From Candidatus Delongbacteria bacterium (GTDB lineage Bacteria; CAIWAD01), in NCBI GenBank assembly GCA_963663545.1, contig OY760505.1, forward strand, positions 1,248,001 to 1,312,000: DNA of 64,000 nt, given 5' to 3'. The first letter of the stretch is position 1; every line of letters begins with the position of its first letter. The notes beneath the pieces are model-generated. The model saw only the letters and a program-made list of their open reading frames with translations. It searched no databases and was not told the origin of the DNA. The position numbers and the translations under genes were made by a program. This document shows positions 8,930 to 20,000 of this stretch, one piece after another.

Positions 8930-11521
8930 TCAATCAACCGGATGCAGATCCTCCAAGTGCAGTTCCATCAATCGTGGTGCGACAAGCTGCTCTGGCAAGC
9001 CGGAGGAATCAACCGGCTCCGTTGCTGGCAGGTTGTCATCGATTCGCCAGACCAGGTTGGTCACATTGGGAATGGGCAGATACTTCAGAATGGGATTACC
9101 TGCGCTAAGGTTCAGCGTTGACGGCGTCAATGCAAAGGTCTGAATCGATGTACGTCGAAAGACCAGAATTGCCACCGTCTTCTCCTGAACCAGGTCAACA
9201 TCGCCCGTTGAGAGCAGCGCCAGATCGAGAGCATTTGCCTGCTGGATTGCAATGATGTTCTGATCAAAGATACCCGCATTCCATGCTCCGTAATACTCAA
9301 GGCCGAAGTCCAGCTCCAGGTGCATGTAAAGTACCCGCAGGTGACTAACAGGGCTGAGTATCACATCGACAAAGATGTAATCGCCCAATCCACTGTAAGG
9401 TGAAGGGGTCTCAAGCGACACATGACAGGGCATCAGGCTGTCATTGCCGTAAAGCGACAGTTCTGAGCACTCCACATTCAGGGCGCAGACGAGTTCGTCC
9501 TGTTCATCCGTTGTCTGCAGCACAGGTGTCAATGTGCATCGGCCATCGGCGCGTACTACAAAACGCAATGTCACCAGTTCACGCTGCCCGTACCACCCGG
9601 AGAACTGCGTACTGCTGTTCCACTGCAGATTTATTCCACCAACAGAAAGGTCCTCTACTTCGGGCGTGCTTGTCAGAACAGGGCCGTTCTCAACCTGTAC
9701 CAATTCCAGCTTGGCTGCATCGTAGAGAAATTGCAGGTGAAGGCTGTTGAAGGGCCTGCCGTGCTCCAGCATCAGCGCAGCCTCCAGTGTATCACCGATT
9801 GCTGCGGGCGGCGTTTGTAGCACCATGTGGGCGGAAGACAGCGTTGAGAAGCCATCCAATATCAGGCTGTACTGTTGATGACCGTTCTGCAACGCGCCTG
9901 TGTGTGATACAAGGACATAACATGTATCACCAACTGCAAGCGCTGTGCTACAAACCTCAATATTGTCGCGAACATTGACGCCGGTTGTAGCTGGCATATC
10001 CGGATTCGCTGGATCTAGTATCCAGGGATACCAGCTGTCGCCCTCTGGTCCAAGGATGCTCAAATCCAGATCGTTCACCAGCATCCGCGCAGGGGAATCA
10101 AGCACCGTGCCAACAGGAGTGGCAGCGGGATCGGTCCAACAAATACTGGCGCGCGGGTTCGGCTGTGTCACGACAACATGCAGTGTGTCTACACTGTCCT
10201 GGTACAAGTCCAGCTCGTGTATCACATCATGAGTCTCGTTCTCGCGCAGCATCAGCTTCGCTGCCGCTTCACCATCCAACAAGCCCCATCCAAAGCGATA
10301 ATCGGGTCCGGGGGCTGGCCCGGCCTCGCGCGCCGTGTGACACATCAGACCGCGCAAGCTGGCGCTAAGCAGCATGCGTCCATGGCGTAACAACTCCTCA
10401 TCCGGATGTCCCTCCAGATAGAGCTGTTGCAACATGGCTGCCGTAGCCGTAACAACCGGTGCAGCCATTGACGTCCCGCTCAGGCGCGCATACCCGCTTT
10501 CGCCCGAGTAACTTGAATAGAGCGACAATCCGTTGGCACACAGATCTGGTTTGATGCGACCATCGTCCACCGGCCCGCAACCCGCGCTTGAAGCATGCTC
10601 GATATCCTCCGGTTCAGGAGGCCAACTCGCCACATCATTCACGCTGCCGACGGTCATGATGTTTTTAGCTGTCCCGGTGTAATCAATGCTGTCATAGCCA
10701 TCTTCTCCACCATCGGGTTGACGAACTACAGTACTCGCCGTCCACTGGTTGTCGACAAATACGTAATGCAAGCCCCCTGGCTCGGGTCCGGTCTGCGAGG
10801 GATGGTTCCCCGCTGAGCGCACCTGTAGCAGATAGGGACAAATTCTCGCAATCTGATCCATCGTCTGGGAATCTGCGGTGTAGGCGCCGAATCGCCAGTC
10901 CTCTTCCTCGCTGATGTCCGGGTCACCGTTCCAATACCAGGTTCCGACCGCATTGTACCACCCGGCAGAAACTCCGTAGGAGTGGTTGCTCACCAGTACG
11001 AGTCCGCTCTGGCCGGCACTCAGCAGCTCGCCCAAATCGCCCATCCAATCCCAGCAGTTGAGGCGCGCAGCTCCCCAGGCCATTCCGCGTGCGTTGGCAG
11101 CGACACCGGATGCGATCATGGTTCCCGCCACGTGGGTCATGTGTGTTGCGTAGGAAGAGCTCATATCACGCTGCACATAGCGGCCAGTAAGCTCTACATG
11201 GTTGTAAGGGCGGCCACCATCCCAGACTCCCAACCAATCGATGCGATCTCCGCTGAAATCCAGCCCCAGGCTGCCGCCGGTATAGAGCTGGTCCACACCC
11301 GAGGTGCGTGCCGCATCGACATTATGCAACTCGTAATACACCGGTCGCATGCGGTCGCTCACGGCCATCAGGCGCAAATTGTCCTGGCGATTCAACACAG
11401 CGCTCGGGCCTTCGCTGGCCGAAAGTAGCTGTTGATACAGGGCTTCTTTCTGGTTTTCGACGGCGAAAGAGGCAGCACTGATCAGACAGGTGATGCTCAG
11501 AGTAAGGGGCAGCGTTCTCAT
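8930..11521 (-). CDS. Secreted S8 (subtilisin-like) serine peptidase with C-terminal cohesin/Ig-like domains
   Basis: Signal peptide MRTLPL...; catalytic triad GVWDGG, THMTHVAGT, GTSMAAP; also GRIKPD and VNDLDL. Confidence 0.88.
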   Translation of the reverse strand: MRTLPLTLSITCLISAASFAVENQKEALYQQLLSASEGPSAVLNRQDNLRLMAVSDRMRPVYYELHNVDAARTSGVDQLYTGGSLGLDFSGDRIDWLGVWDGGRPYNHVELTGRYVQRDMSSSYATHMTHVAGTMIASGVAANARGMAWGAARLNCWDWMGDLGELLSAGQSGLVLVSNHSYGVSAGWYNAVGTWYWNGDPDISEEEDWRFGAYTADSQTMDQIARICPYLLQVRSAGNHPSQTGPEPGGLHYVFVDNQWTASTVVRQPDGGEDGYDSIDYTGTAKNIMTVGSVNDVASWPPEPEDIEHASSAGCGPVDDGRIKPDLCANGLSLYSSYSGESGYARLSGTSMAAPVVTATAAMLQQLYLEGHPDEELLRHGRMLLSASLRGLMCHTAREAGPAPGPDYRFGWGLLDGEAAAKLMLRENETHDVIHELDLYQDSVDTLHVVVTQPNPRASICWTDPAATPVGTVLDSPARMLVNDLDLSILGPEGDSWYPWILDPANPDMPATTGVNVRDNIEVCSTALAVGDTCYVLVSHTGALQNGHQQYSLILDGFSTLSSAHMVLQTPPAAIGDTLEAALMLEHGRPFNSLHLQFLYDAAKLELVQVENGPVLTSTPEVEDLSVGGINLQWNSSTQFSGWYGQRELVTLRFVVRADGRCTLTPVLQTTDEQDELVCALNVECSELSLYGNDSLMPCHVSLETPSPYSGLGDYIFVDVILSPVSHLRVLYMHLELDFGLEYYGAWNAGIFDQNIIAIQQANALDLALLSTGDVDLVQEKTVAILVFRRTSIQTFALTPSTLNLSAGNPILKYLPIPNVTNLVWRIDDNLPATEPVDSSGLPEQLVAPRLMELHLEDLHPVD

Positions 11522-11731
11522 GTCGCTCTTCCAAGATAGATCGGTTAACCGATCGTGCACGGGGACTCCTTGCCGTCCCACCGTGTACCTGCGCTGGCTG
11601 GGCGGCACCCTGCAACAAGCACCCGAAGTATAGCTCTCTTCAAGTCAGAGCAGCATGATCTGTGTCACATTTTGCACGTGATTCATATTGAAAGCGATGT
11701 TATCAATTTGTTCCAGGGCACGGCCCAGCAT

Positions 11732-11762
11732 AAAAAAAGCAGCGATAGCTTGCTACCGCTGC
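11732..11762 (-). terminator. Rho-independent terminator after tonB
   Basis: Minus strand reads gcagcggtagc-aa-gctatcgctgc followed by a T run. Confidence 0.75.
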
Positions 11763-11785
11763 GAAAATTCTTTTGCTGGAGACGA

Positions 11786-12442
11786 CTAGTTCTGCGTCTC
11801 GAACTTGATGACCTGGCTCATACGCACAGCCACAAAACGGTCGCGCTGTTTTCCAGGCGTAAAGCGAATCTGCGCCAATGCGTCGATGGCCGCCTGACCG
11901 AAGCCAAGGCCCTCGGGACGTTCTGCCATGATCACAAAATCGCGCGTAGTGCCATCCGGACCTACGATGAACTGAATCTGGGCAAGCCCCGCCACACCGG
12001 CACGAATCGCGGTCTCGGGGTACTTGACCAGCTTGTACAAAGCCGCCGTCCCGCCCTGCATTTCAGGAGGATTCTCGATGGCAAAGAAGTCCACGATCTC
12101 TTCCTCAGCATCCTGCCGGGGCGGAGGCGGAGGCGGAGCCATGGTCCAGTCTTCTTCCTCATCGAACTCGAACTCTTCGTCCTGGGCGATCTGCTCGTCC
12201 TCATCGGCCACGGTAAAAGTGGGACGACTGGGACGGGGCTGCGTCTTCTGCTGCACCGTCTGTTGCACCTGTTCCACTTCCATGACCTGCTGCTTGACCA
12301 CAACCTCACGCACTTCAGCGCTGAATTGTTTGAACGCCAGGAAGGCGAGGATGAAGAGCAGCAAGCCGATCACCAGACCCAACTCGGACAGGGACTGGTA
12401 CTTCAAGGAGATATCGGCGGCTGGGTCTTTGTGAAATTTCAT
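11786..12442 (-). CDS. tonB: Energy transducer TonB
   Basis: N-terminal TM, poly-Pro linker, C-terminal YPETAIRAGVAG...FTPGKQ. Confidence 0.9.
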   Translation of the reverse strand: MKFHKDPAADISLKYQSLSELGLVIGLLLFILAFLAFKQFSAEVREVVVKQQVMEVEQVQQTVQQKTQPRPSRPTFTVADEDEQIAQDEEFEFDEEEDWTMAPPPPPPRQDAEEEIVDFFAIENPPEMQGGTAALYKLVKYPETAIRAGVAGLAQIQFIVGPDGTTRDFVIMAERPEGLGFGQAAIDALAQIRFTPGKQRDRFVAVRMSQVIKFETQN

Positions 12443-12453
12443 TCCCGTCTCCC

Positions 12454-12876
12454 CTAGTTTGCGAAGCGGGTGTTGTAATTGACGCGCAGGGTATAGGCCT
12501 TGCGGCACTCCTGCTGAACATCGTTGATGATTTTCATGCGGCACTCACTGTCTGCCTTCATGGAAATCACCGTGCGTGGATTGGCAACCCGGCGATCGTA
12601 GAGAATGCCGTTCAGGGTCTCAATCTCATTGTAGGGGACGAACTGATCATCAATCATGATGCGGTCGTTCTTGTCCACCCAGATATAGGTGATGTCGATT
12701 TTCGCGACTTCAATCTTCTGCGTCGTCCTGGCTTCAGGGATGCGCACCGGAATACCGTCATACTGGCGGATGGTGGTAGCAGCCATGAAGAAGATCAGCA
12801 GCATGAAGATGATGTCGGGCATGGAGGCCGTTGGAATGGCGGCTTCCGTGCTCAGCGAGCTTTGGACTCGTGCCAT
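12454..12876 (-). CDS. exbD: Biopolymer transporter ExbD
   Basis: IPTASMPDIIFMLLIFFM; MKAD. Confidence 0.9.
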   Translation of the reverse strand: MARVQSSLSTEAAIPTASMPDIIFMLLIFFMAATTIRQYDGIPVRIPEARTTQKIEVAKIDITYIWVDKNDRIMIDDQFVPYNEIETLNGILYDRRVANPRTVISMKADSECRMKIINDVQQECRKAYTLRVNYNTRFAN

Positions 12877-12884
12877 GCTGCCTC

Positions 12885-13316
12885 CTACTCCGGTTCCGCG
12901 ATCGAGATCTTGGTCGCACCCGCATCCTTCACCCGGTCAAGGACGAAAATGTAGTCCTCGTACTCGGTGCCGTTTTGGGTCTTGATCGACACGATCTTCT
13001 TGTATTTACCTTCCTCGTCACGACCGTAGGCGTCCAGCTTCTCGCGAACGCGGCTAAACAGTTCGCCCTGGCTGGCCAGCACCTGCTCGTCGACCATGAT
13101 CTGGCCATCCTCGGCAATGAGGATGTTCAGCAGCTGGTCTTTGGGCAAACGGATGCTCTCCGTGTCCTCGCTGAATTCAGGCAAGGTCAGGGGGATACCC
13201 TTATCGGTGCTGAAGGTTGTGGTGACCAGGAAGAAGATCAGCAGCATGAAGACGATATCCGGCATCGAAGCGGTCGGAATATCAGCCTCAAGGCTGCCTT
13301 TCTTGTGCTTGATCAT
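12885..13316 (-). CDS. exbD: Biopolymer transporter ExbD (second copy)
   Basis: IPTASMPDIVFMLLIFFLVTTTF; AGATKISIA. Confidence 0.9.
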   Translation of the reverse strand: MIKHKKGSLEADIPTASMPDIVFMLLIFFLVTTTFSTDKGIPLTLPEFSEDTESIRLPKDQLLNILIAEDGQIMVDEQVLASQGELFSRVREKLDAYGRDEEGKYKKIVSIKTQNGTEYEDYIFVLDRVKDAGATKISIAEPE

Positions 13317-13366
13317 GCTGAGGTCCTTTGTCAGCGGCCGCTAGCGGCCAGTTCTGAACGCTGGGC

Positions 13367-13978
13367 TTACTTGCCTTCGCGCTCGATCAGCATCTCCACC
13401 AGCTCCACCGAGGCTTCTTCCATGTCCACGACCATGCCGTTGATCTTGGCGGTGAAGACGTTGAAGAAGAACTGGGTGAACATGGCGCTGATCAGACCAA
13501 AGGCGGTGGTCAGCAGGGCGATCTTGATACCGCTGGCGACGGTGGCCGGGGTCATGTCGTTGGCGGCGGAGATGTCATCGAAGGCTTTGATCATACCAAC
13601 CACGGTACCGGTGAAGCCGAACATGGGGGCCAACGCAGTACAAGTGGACAGCCAGATCATACCGCGCTCGAGCATGGCCATCTCGATGGTGGCGGCATTG
13701 GTGATGCCCTTCTCGACCTGGTCGATGCCGCGGTTGACGCGCAGCAGACCGGCGTGAACGATGGAAGCCACCGGACCGCGCGTGGAAGCACAAATCTCGG
13801 AAGCCTTGTCGGCACCGCCCTCTTCCAGGGCTTTGCGGATCTTGAGGCTGAATGTCTTCACGTTGGTGGAAGCCATCCAAAGGGTGACGGACTTGACGAA
13901 GATGATCATGATGCCGAGCAGCAGGATGATCAGGATGGGCCACATGAAGGCGCCGCCATCATTGAAATACTTGAGCAT
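13367..13978 (-). CDS. exbB: MotA/TolQ/ExbB proton channel
   Basis: GG.FMWPI, APMFGFTGTVVGMI, ALLTTAFGL. Confidence 0.92.
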   Translation of the reverse strand: MLKYFNDGGAFMWPILIILLLGIMIIFVKSVTLWMASTNVKTFSLKIRKALEEGGADKASEICASTRGPVASIVHAGLLRVNRGIDQVEKGITNAATIEMAMLERGMIWLSTCTALAPMFGFTGTVVGMIKAFDDISAANDMTPATVASGIKIALLTTAFGLISAMFTQFFFNVFTAKINGMVVDMEEASVELVEMLIEREGK

Positions 13979-14162
13979 CAGTTATGGTCCTCCAAAAGGG
14001 CTGATTTTCTGCGTTGCTCCCGCCGTCTCAAAGCGGCGGGAAAGCCGCTGGTTGGCTTCTCCAGAGCGACAGACTAATCTACAGCATGGGTCAAGGATTG
14101 TCAACGCGCCGCCTCTCTTGAGGCGCCCGGGGAAGCGGAAAGGCTCCCCGAGGTAACACGCC

Positions 14163-15758
14163 TCAGTTCTTCTTCAGATTTTGCACGCGAATGGCCTCCG
14201 GGAACAGGCGACGCGCTTCGGCTACACTGGGATCGATGGCAACATCTACCTGTAGTGCCTGCTCGCGGCCCCAGATAACGCGTGCAAACTCACGCTTGAG
14301 GTAGCCCTGAATCCAGCGCCGATCGCTGCGCCAGCCTTCCTCAGCGAAGTCCACCGTCTTGTCCGCGCTTTCGCGGAAGTCGCGTAGCACGGCTTCTTCG
14401 GGCTGCCAATGCAGCAGGAACTCCTCGAAATCCATGCGCTGCAGCTGATCATGAAACTCGCCTGCAGCCGCGTACTGATTGGCAAAATCAAAGAAAGCCT
14501 GCTTTGTGCGCAAACGGCTGGTGTAGGCCGAAAGCCGTCCGCTGCGAATGCGCACGTCGGGCGTGATACCGCCGCCACCGTAAACGACGCGACCGGCATC
14601 CGTGTGATACACGGGGCGAACCGCCGTGCTGTCCTCAATCAGATTCGGATCCACATCGTCGTAGCCTTCCAGGTAATAGTCGACCAGGCCCTTGTCATAG
14701 GGTCGCTGAATCAGTCGATGGCTGGGCGTGAAGTAATGGGCAATTGTCACACGCACCGCGCTGGAATCCTTCATGTCGAACTGACGCTGCACCAGACCCT
14801 TGCCGAAGCTGGTCTGGCCCACAATCAGGCCGCGGTCGTGATCCTGAATGGCACCGGACACGATTTCGCTGGCGCTGGCGCTGCCCTGGTTGATCATGAT
14901 GATCAGCGGGAAGTCCTCCAGTGTCGTACGATCCGTTGAACGGAAGACCTCATTGAATTCGCGCAGGCGACCTTCGGTGGAAACGATGACCTGACCGCCG
15001 GGAAGGAAGAGGTCGGAAATGCGTTCCGCCTGATCGAGAAGGCCCCCCGTGTTTCCACGCAAGTCAAAGATCAGCTTCTCCATTCCCTCGGTCTGCAAGC
15101 GCCGAATGGCCGTAGAAACTTCCTGGTCACTGGTCTGCATGAAGCGATTGAGGCGCACATAGCCCACGCCATCACCAATCATGAAGGCGCTCTCGACGCT
15201 GTAAATGGGAATGCGCTCGCGGGTAATGGCAAACTCCAGCAGCTCGTTCATACCGCGACGGCGTACCTTGATCTTCACCGTCGTGCCGCGAGGCCCTTTC
15301 AGCTTCTTCTGCACTTCGCTGTTGGTGATCCCCCAGGTGTTAACGCCCTCGATTTCAACGATTTCGTCGCCAGGGCTGATTCCAAGCCGATCCGAAGGAG
15401 TGCCGGGAATGGCCGAGACCACCGTCAGCACTTTTTCGCGTATCACGAAGTAGACGCCGATGCCCTCGAACTCGCCGCGCACATCTTCGGTGACTTCGCT
15501 CAGCTCCTCCTTTGGCAGATAAACCGAATGTGGATCAAGCGCCGACAGCATGCCGGTAATGGCACCATCGGTCAGTTCGTCCACGTCGGCGGGCTCGACG
15601 TAGAGCTCCAGGACCAGCTGCATCACATTGCTGAGTTTCTGCAGGCTAAGGATCGGGTTGCCGCCTGAGGCGGCGCTGCACTGGGAACCACGGAAGAAGA
15701 AGTAAACCAGTGGTATTGCCAGAAGCAGCCAAAGGAGGTGTCGCTTGCTGAGTTTCAT
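14163..15758 (-). CDS. ctpA: Carboxyl-terminal processing protease, S41A family
   Basis: LDPHS, GEFEGIG PDZ domain, DLRGNTGG, SASASEI, FGKGLVQ, GGGITPD. Confidence 0.92.
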   Translation of the reverse strand: MKLSKRHLLWLLLAIPLVYFFFRGSQCSAASGGNPILSLQKLSNVMQLVLELYVEPADVDELTDGAITGMLSALDPHSVYLPKEELSEVTEDVRGEFEGIGVYFVIREKVLTVVSAIPGTPSDRLGISPGDEIVEIEGVNTWGITNSEVQKKLKGPRGTTVKIKVRRRGMNELLEFAITRERIPIYSVESAFMIGDGVGYVRLNRFMQTSDQEVSTAIRRLQTEGMEKLIFDLRGNTGGLLDQAERISDLFLPGGQVIVSTEGRLREFNEVFRSTDRTTLEDFPLIIMINQGSASASEIVSGAIQDHDRGLIVGQTSFGKGLVQRQFDMKDSSAVRVTIAHYFTPSHRLIQRPYDKGLVDYYLEGYDDVDPNLIEDSTAVRPVYHTDAGRVVYGGGGITPDVRIRSGRLSAYTSRLRTKQAFFDFANQYAAAGEFHDQLQRMDFEEFLLHWQPEEAVLRDFRESADKTVDFAEEGWRSDRRWIQGYLKREFARVIWGREQALQVDVAIDPSVAEARRLFPEAIRVQNLKKN

Positions 15759-15828
15759 GTCAGCAACCTACCATCCGCGCGATTCTCGTGCAATTGGCCA
15801 CCGGGGAGATGCTTGCCGATTTTCACTC

Positions 15829-16917
15829 TCATGGTGTGCGCAAGCGCCAACGATCGCCAGGCAACCGTGTTACAAGCCCGGCCATTTCCAGTTCCATCAG
15901 GCCACTAGCCAACTCACCGGCTTCGCGCCCGGCAAGCAACTCGTCACGCCATCGTGGCTGACGCAGAGCAAACGCCAGCTCGCGCAGATAAGGAGAAAGC
16001 GCAGCAAGTCTTTGTATCACGCCGTCCTCCACAGGTTTTGTATCACGGCTAACCAGGCCTAATGGCAAGGAGGAAAGATCCTCCAGCAGATCTTCTGCAC
16101 TGCACACAAGTCGCGCCCCCTCGCGGATTAACCGGTGGCAGCCCTCGAAATGTGGATCGGCTGCGCCGCCCGGACAAGCGAGCACTTCGCGGTTTTCCTC
16201 CAATGCCAGACGGGCCGTGATCAGCGCTCCAGAACGCAGAGGCGCTTGCACAACGACGACAGCACGGCACAACCCCGCGACAATGCGATTGCGACGCGGA
16301 AACTGCCAGGCGCGCGTCTCGCTCCAGGGTGGTTGTTCGCTTAGCAGCAGGCCCTCTTTTCCGATGCGCTTCAGCAGCTCGCGATGACGCCAAGGATAGG
16401 GATGATCGAAGCCCGGCCCCAGTACCGCGCAGGTGTCCGCGTTTCCGGCACCCAGGTGGGCGGCGTGATCAATACCTCGCGCTGCACCGGAAACGACCAG
16501 TAGACCGGCTCCCACTAAGGTGCGCGCCAACTGACGAGCCAGCTCCGTTCCTTCGCCGGTAGCAGCACGCGTACCTACAATGGCCACAGCTTCGCGCTCG
16601 AGCAGCTCAAGCCTTCCGCGCGCAAAAAGCAGCGCAGGAGGATCAGCCGTCTCACGCAGTAACCGGGGGTAGTCTGTATCACACAATCTAAGTAGGCGCA
16701 ACTCGCCGGCCGCCTGTCGTTCGAGCAGCGTCGGCAATCGTGCGTCAACCAACAGCTCATTGAAAGCCTGACTCAGCTCGGTAGAATGGGCGCAAATGCG
16801 CTCGTGCACGAGCTTCGTCTTTCCCTGAGCCTGCAGCGACAGCAGGCCTTCGCGCTCATTGCGCCCCACGCCGCCAAGCAGCAGCAGCGCAAGCTCTTGC
16901 AGATCCATTGACATCAT
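15829..16917 (-). CDS. dprA: DNA-processing protein DprA/Smf
   Basis: YPRLLRE..DPP, VAIVGTR, VSGAARGID, FPRRNRIVAG, SGALITA. Start uncertain (16974 alternative). Confidence 0.93.
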   Translation of the reverse strand: MMSMDLQELALLLLGGVGRNEREGLLSLQAQGKTKLVHERICAHSTELSQAFNELLVDARLPTLLERQAAGELRLLRLCDTDYPRLLRETADPPALLFARGRLELLEREAVAIVGTRAATGEGTELARQLARTLVGAGLLVVSGAARGIDHAAHLGAGNADTCAVLGPGFDHPYPWRHRELLKRIGKEGLLLSEQPPWSETRAWQFPRRNRIVAGLCRAVVVVQAPLRSGALITARLALEENREVLACPGGAADPHFEGCHRLIREGARLVCSAEDLLEDLSSLPLGLVSRDTKPVEDGVIQRLAALSPYLRELAFALRQPRWRDELLAGREAGELASGLMELEMAGLVTRLPGDRWRLRTP

Positions 16918-17043
16918 GGGCTGTGATACGTGAGAGAAAAAAGCAGGATCCCCATTTTCGGCCTCTCGCGCCATGGGGATCCTGAATGTATGCTCATTTG
17001 GACACTTTCGCGCAGTCTGCCGCGCCAGAGGTCCGAAAAGGGC

Positions 17044-20000
17044 TCAGCGAATCAGCAACAGCTTCTTCGTTTGTGTCACACCAACCGCCTGCGCACTAAG
17101 GAAGTACACGCCGCCAGCCAGATTTCCGGCATCAAAACTGAAGCGGTAGTCGCCGGCCTCTAGAACCTCGTCGGCCAGCACTCGGACCTGCTGCCCCAAC
17201 AGATTATAAACGGCAAGGCGAAGGTGTCCGGTGCGCCCAAGATGAAGTGTGATTTGAGTGTTCGGGTTGAATGGATTCGGCCAGGGATCGCCAAGGCTCA
17301 TCAAGCGCGGCAGAAGCACAACGGGTATGGATCCCGGTTCCACTTCATCTGCGTATCCACCGGATTCTACAAGAGGTCCGCCGTAACAGCCAATGTCGTT
17401 GCGCGTTCCATCAAAGGCATCGCGCATACTTGTCTCGGGATCGCCCCGGTCGACTAACGGGCTTGTACTGAACAGCCGGAACTCTGTGTCGGCATCGAAA
17501 TCCGCATCCCCATTTCCGTTGGACAGGTTCTCCGCCAACAGCGAGGAATCGTTGATTGCCAGAAAACGTGTTACATCGATGAACTCGTTGGCGTCTCCGG
17601 CCACACCGTCCAAACAGTCATACCAGTTGTACCTGGCGGAGACCTCGCTCGCCTCATCCAGCCAGATCGCGCACTGCGGCGTATCGAGCAAATAGCTCAC
17701 TTCGTCCAGATCGTGCGTCGTCCCCGCCCGCTGCGTTTTCCAGTGGAACAAGTTTGAGTTGACCTCGAGCACGCTTTCATAGGAAAAAACACGCCCATAG
17801 CCCAGATAGTACGTCCCGGGCCAATAGGAAACCCCGCCACTTGACACGAACTGCGCCGCAACGAAAGAGTTGTTGGCCAACAGCGCAGCCGCTCCAATAC
17901 TGGTGATGGCGTACTCTGGATTGACGAACAGGCAGTTGCGAACGGCACTCTCCTGCGTATTTGCCAGGCACACACTGCTGGAACCAAGCTGCTTGCGATC
18001 CTTGGGATTGGTAAACGTGCAGAAGCTGATATCAGCTTGCGTGCCCAGAGCAACAATGCTGTTGAGTATTCCCGTAAATGCGCAATGGTCGATCTGCACA
18101 GGGTCTTCGAGGTATTCCAATTGAATGGCTGTGTTGAAATTCGAGAACGACACATGGCTGATTCTCGAAACAACAGCCCCGGGCATGGCACGCAGCAGAT
18201 TCATGCGCAGGTCGCGTGATACGGCATCATCATTTGCTGGCGATCGTAGGAGACTGCTGAAGGTAACCGGAGTCTCGGCATCACCCACAATGGAAAGCTC
18301 GCCACTGATGTTGAACAACCACTCTTCTTCCACAAGCCGTTCATCGATCAGAATCTTCGTACCGGCCTCCACTTCCAGCACAGAGCCAGCGGGAATTTCC
18401 AGAGGCGCAACGACGTAGACCGTCTCGTTGTTTGCCGTTAGTACGCCATCGAGAACACCGCCAAGCACACTGTATCTCGGCATTGTAGTCACTCTGCGAT
18501 AGGCCTCAGCTACGCCATCACTCCACCGCACGAGGAAACTGAGAAAGGTGGTATCCAGCATGGTGCTACAATTCAAAGTGGCCGTCTCAGCATTGAAGCT
18601 GTAGTCGCCCTCTTCATCGTCCGTCTCCTGCTCCAGCAGTTCCCCGTTTCGCCAAAGCTGTACGGAGAGGTGTGATCCACCGAGAATCTCGGTATCCTCG
18701 TCGGCGAAAGACATGGTAAAAGAGAAATCTTCGCCGGGATGCTGATCATTGAAGCTCAAAGTATCAGCCGTGATACAATCAATGGAGTCGCCGGTACAGG
18801 GTGCGAACTGGACCAGATAGGGTGTATGATTCTCTTGAAGTGTCAACTGAAAAGTCAGAGTATCTGCGTACTCGACATCAGCCACACTATTGTACCCGAC
18901 CAGCTTGAACCGATAATCTCCAATGACCTGCTGATCCGCTGGCCAGGAGAAAGTGTATTCCGTAGCACCTTGAGCCTGATAGACAAGCCCTTCGGGCGCA
19001 TCCACCAGGGAAAGTGTTGGCTCGGGAAATCCTTCGAAGTCCCCTTGATGCGAGTAATCGTATCCATACACCCACAGGTCTTCTTCGAAATCCGTCGGGA
19101 ACTGAAAAGGCTCTTCATTGCGCACGGCGTAATACACGCCGATATCAGCAATGCTTCCGTCCGGATCAAACATACTCGGATCACCGGCGTCGATAAGAGG
19201 GCTATTGTCATCTGGCACATAAGTGCCTTCGATGAAGCGCGGATTCGCGCTGAAATTCGGCTCCCACAGGTCTAGAGTATCCTGAACCAGAACCTGGCCG
19301 TTCTCTTCATACAAGGTCTGCACAATAAACGTCGTGTACTCGCCGTGATTGCCAGCAAAAAAGCAGTTGTACTGCACGGAATCCTGCGGGATCTCGTCAT
19401 ACGACATCCAGCTGATGCCTTTCTTGTAAGGCCACAGCTCGCCCGATGTCTGGTAGCCCGGAAGGAATACACAGTTGCGTACATTCGCTGTTACGTGTTT
19501 CAGTAGGATGTCATCTTGCCCTTGCTCATCGAACACACAATTCTGAATAATATGATGCCCACCAATATTCAAATTGCAGGCGGTGTAGCAGTCCACAAAC
19601 AAGCAGCGTTCGATGATCGAAACAGGGGTATCGTCTTCTGGAGTGTCCAGGTTTGAATAGATGGCGTTACCGGCTCCCACAATTTGCACATAGCGCATGC
19701 GAATCACCTGCCGCCCACCCGATTCGAGAACGAACAAGCCGGGATAACTCATCGAAGGAGTCGAGTCCTCGGTCTTCCGCACCACAATGGGCAACTCCTC
19801 CGTGCCGAGCATGTAGAGACTGCCGCGCACAATGAATGTGACCATGGTGGAATCCTGATAGGCGGGGAACAGAATCGTCACGCCAGGATCGACAAGGAGA
19901 CTATCTCCTGCCGGTATTGTCACATCATCTGTAATCAAATAGGTCTCACCCGAAAGCAGGTGAGGGTTTTCCAGAGTACCAGACAGTTCGATTTCAGCCA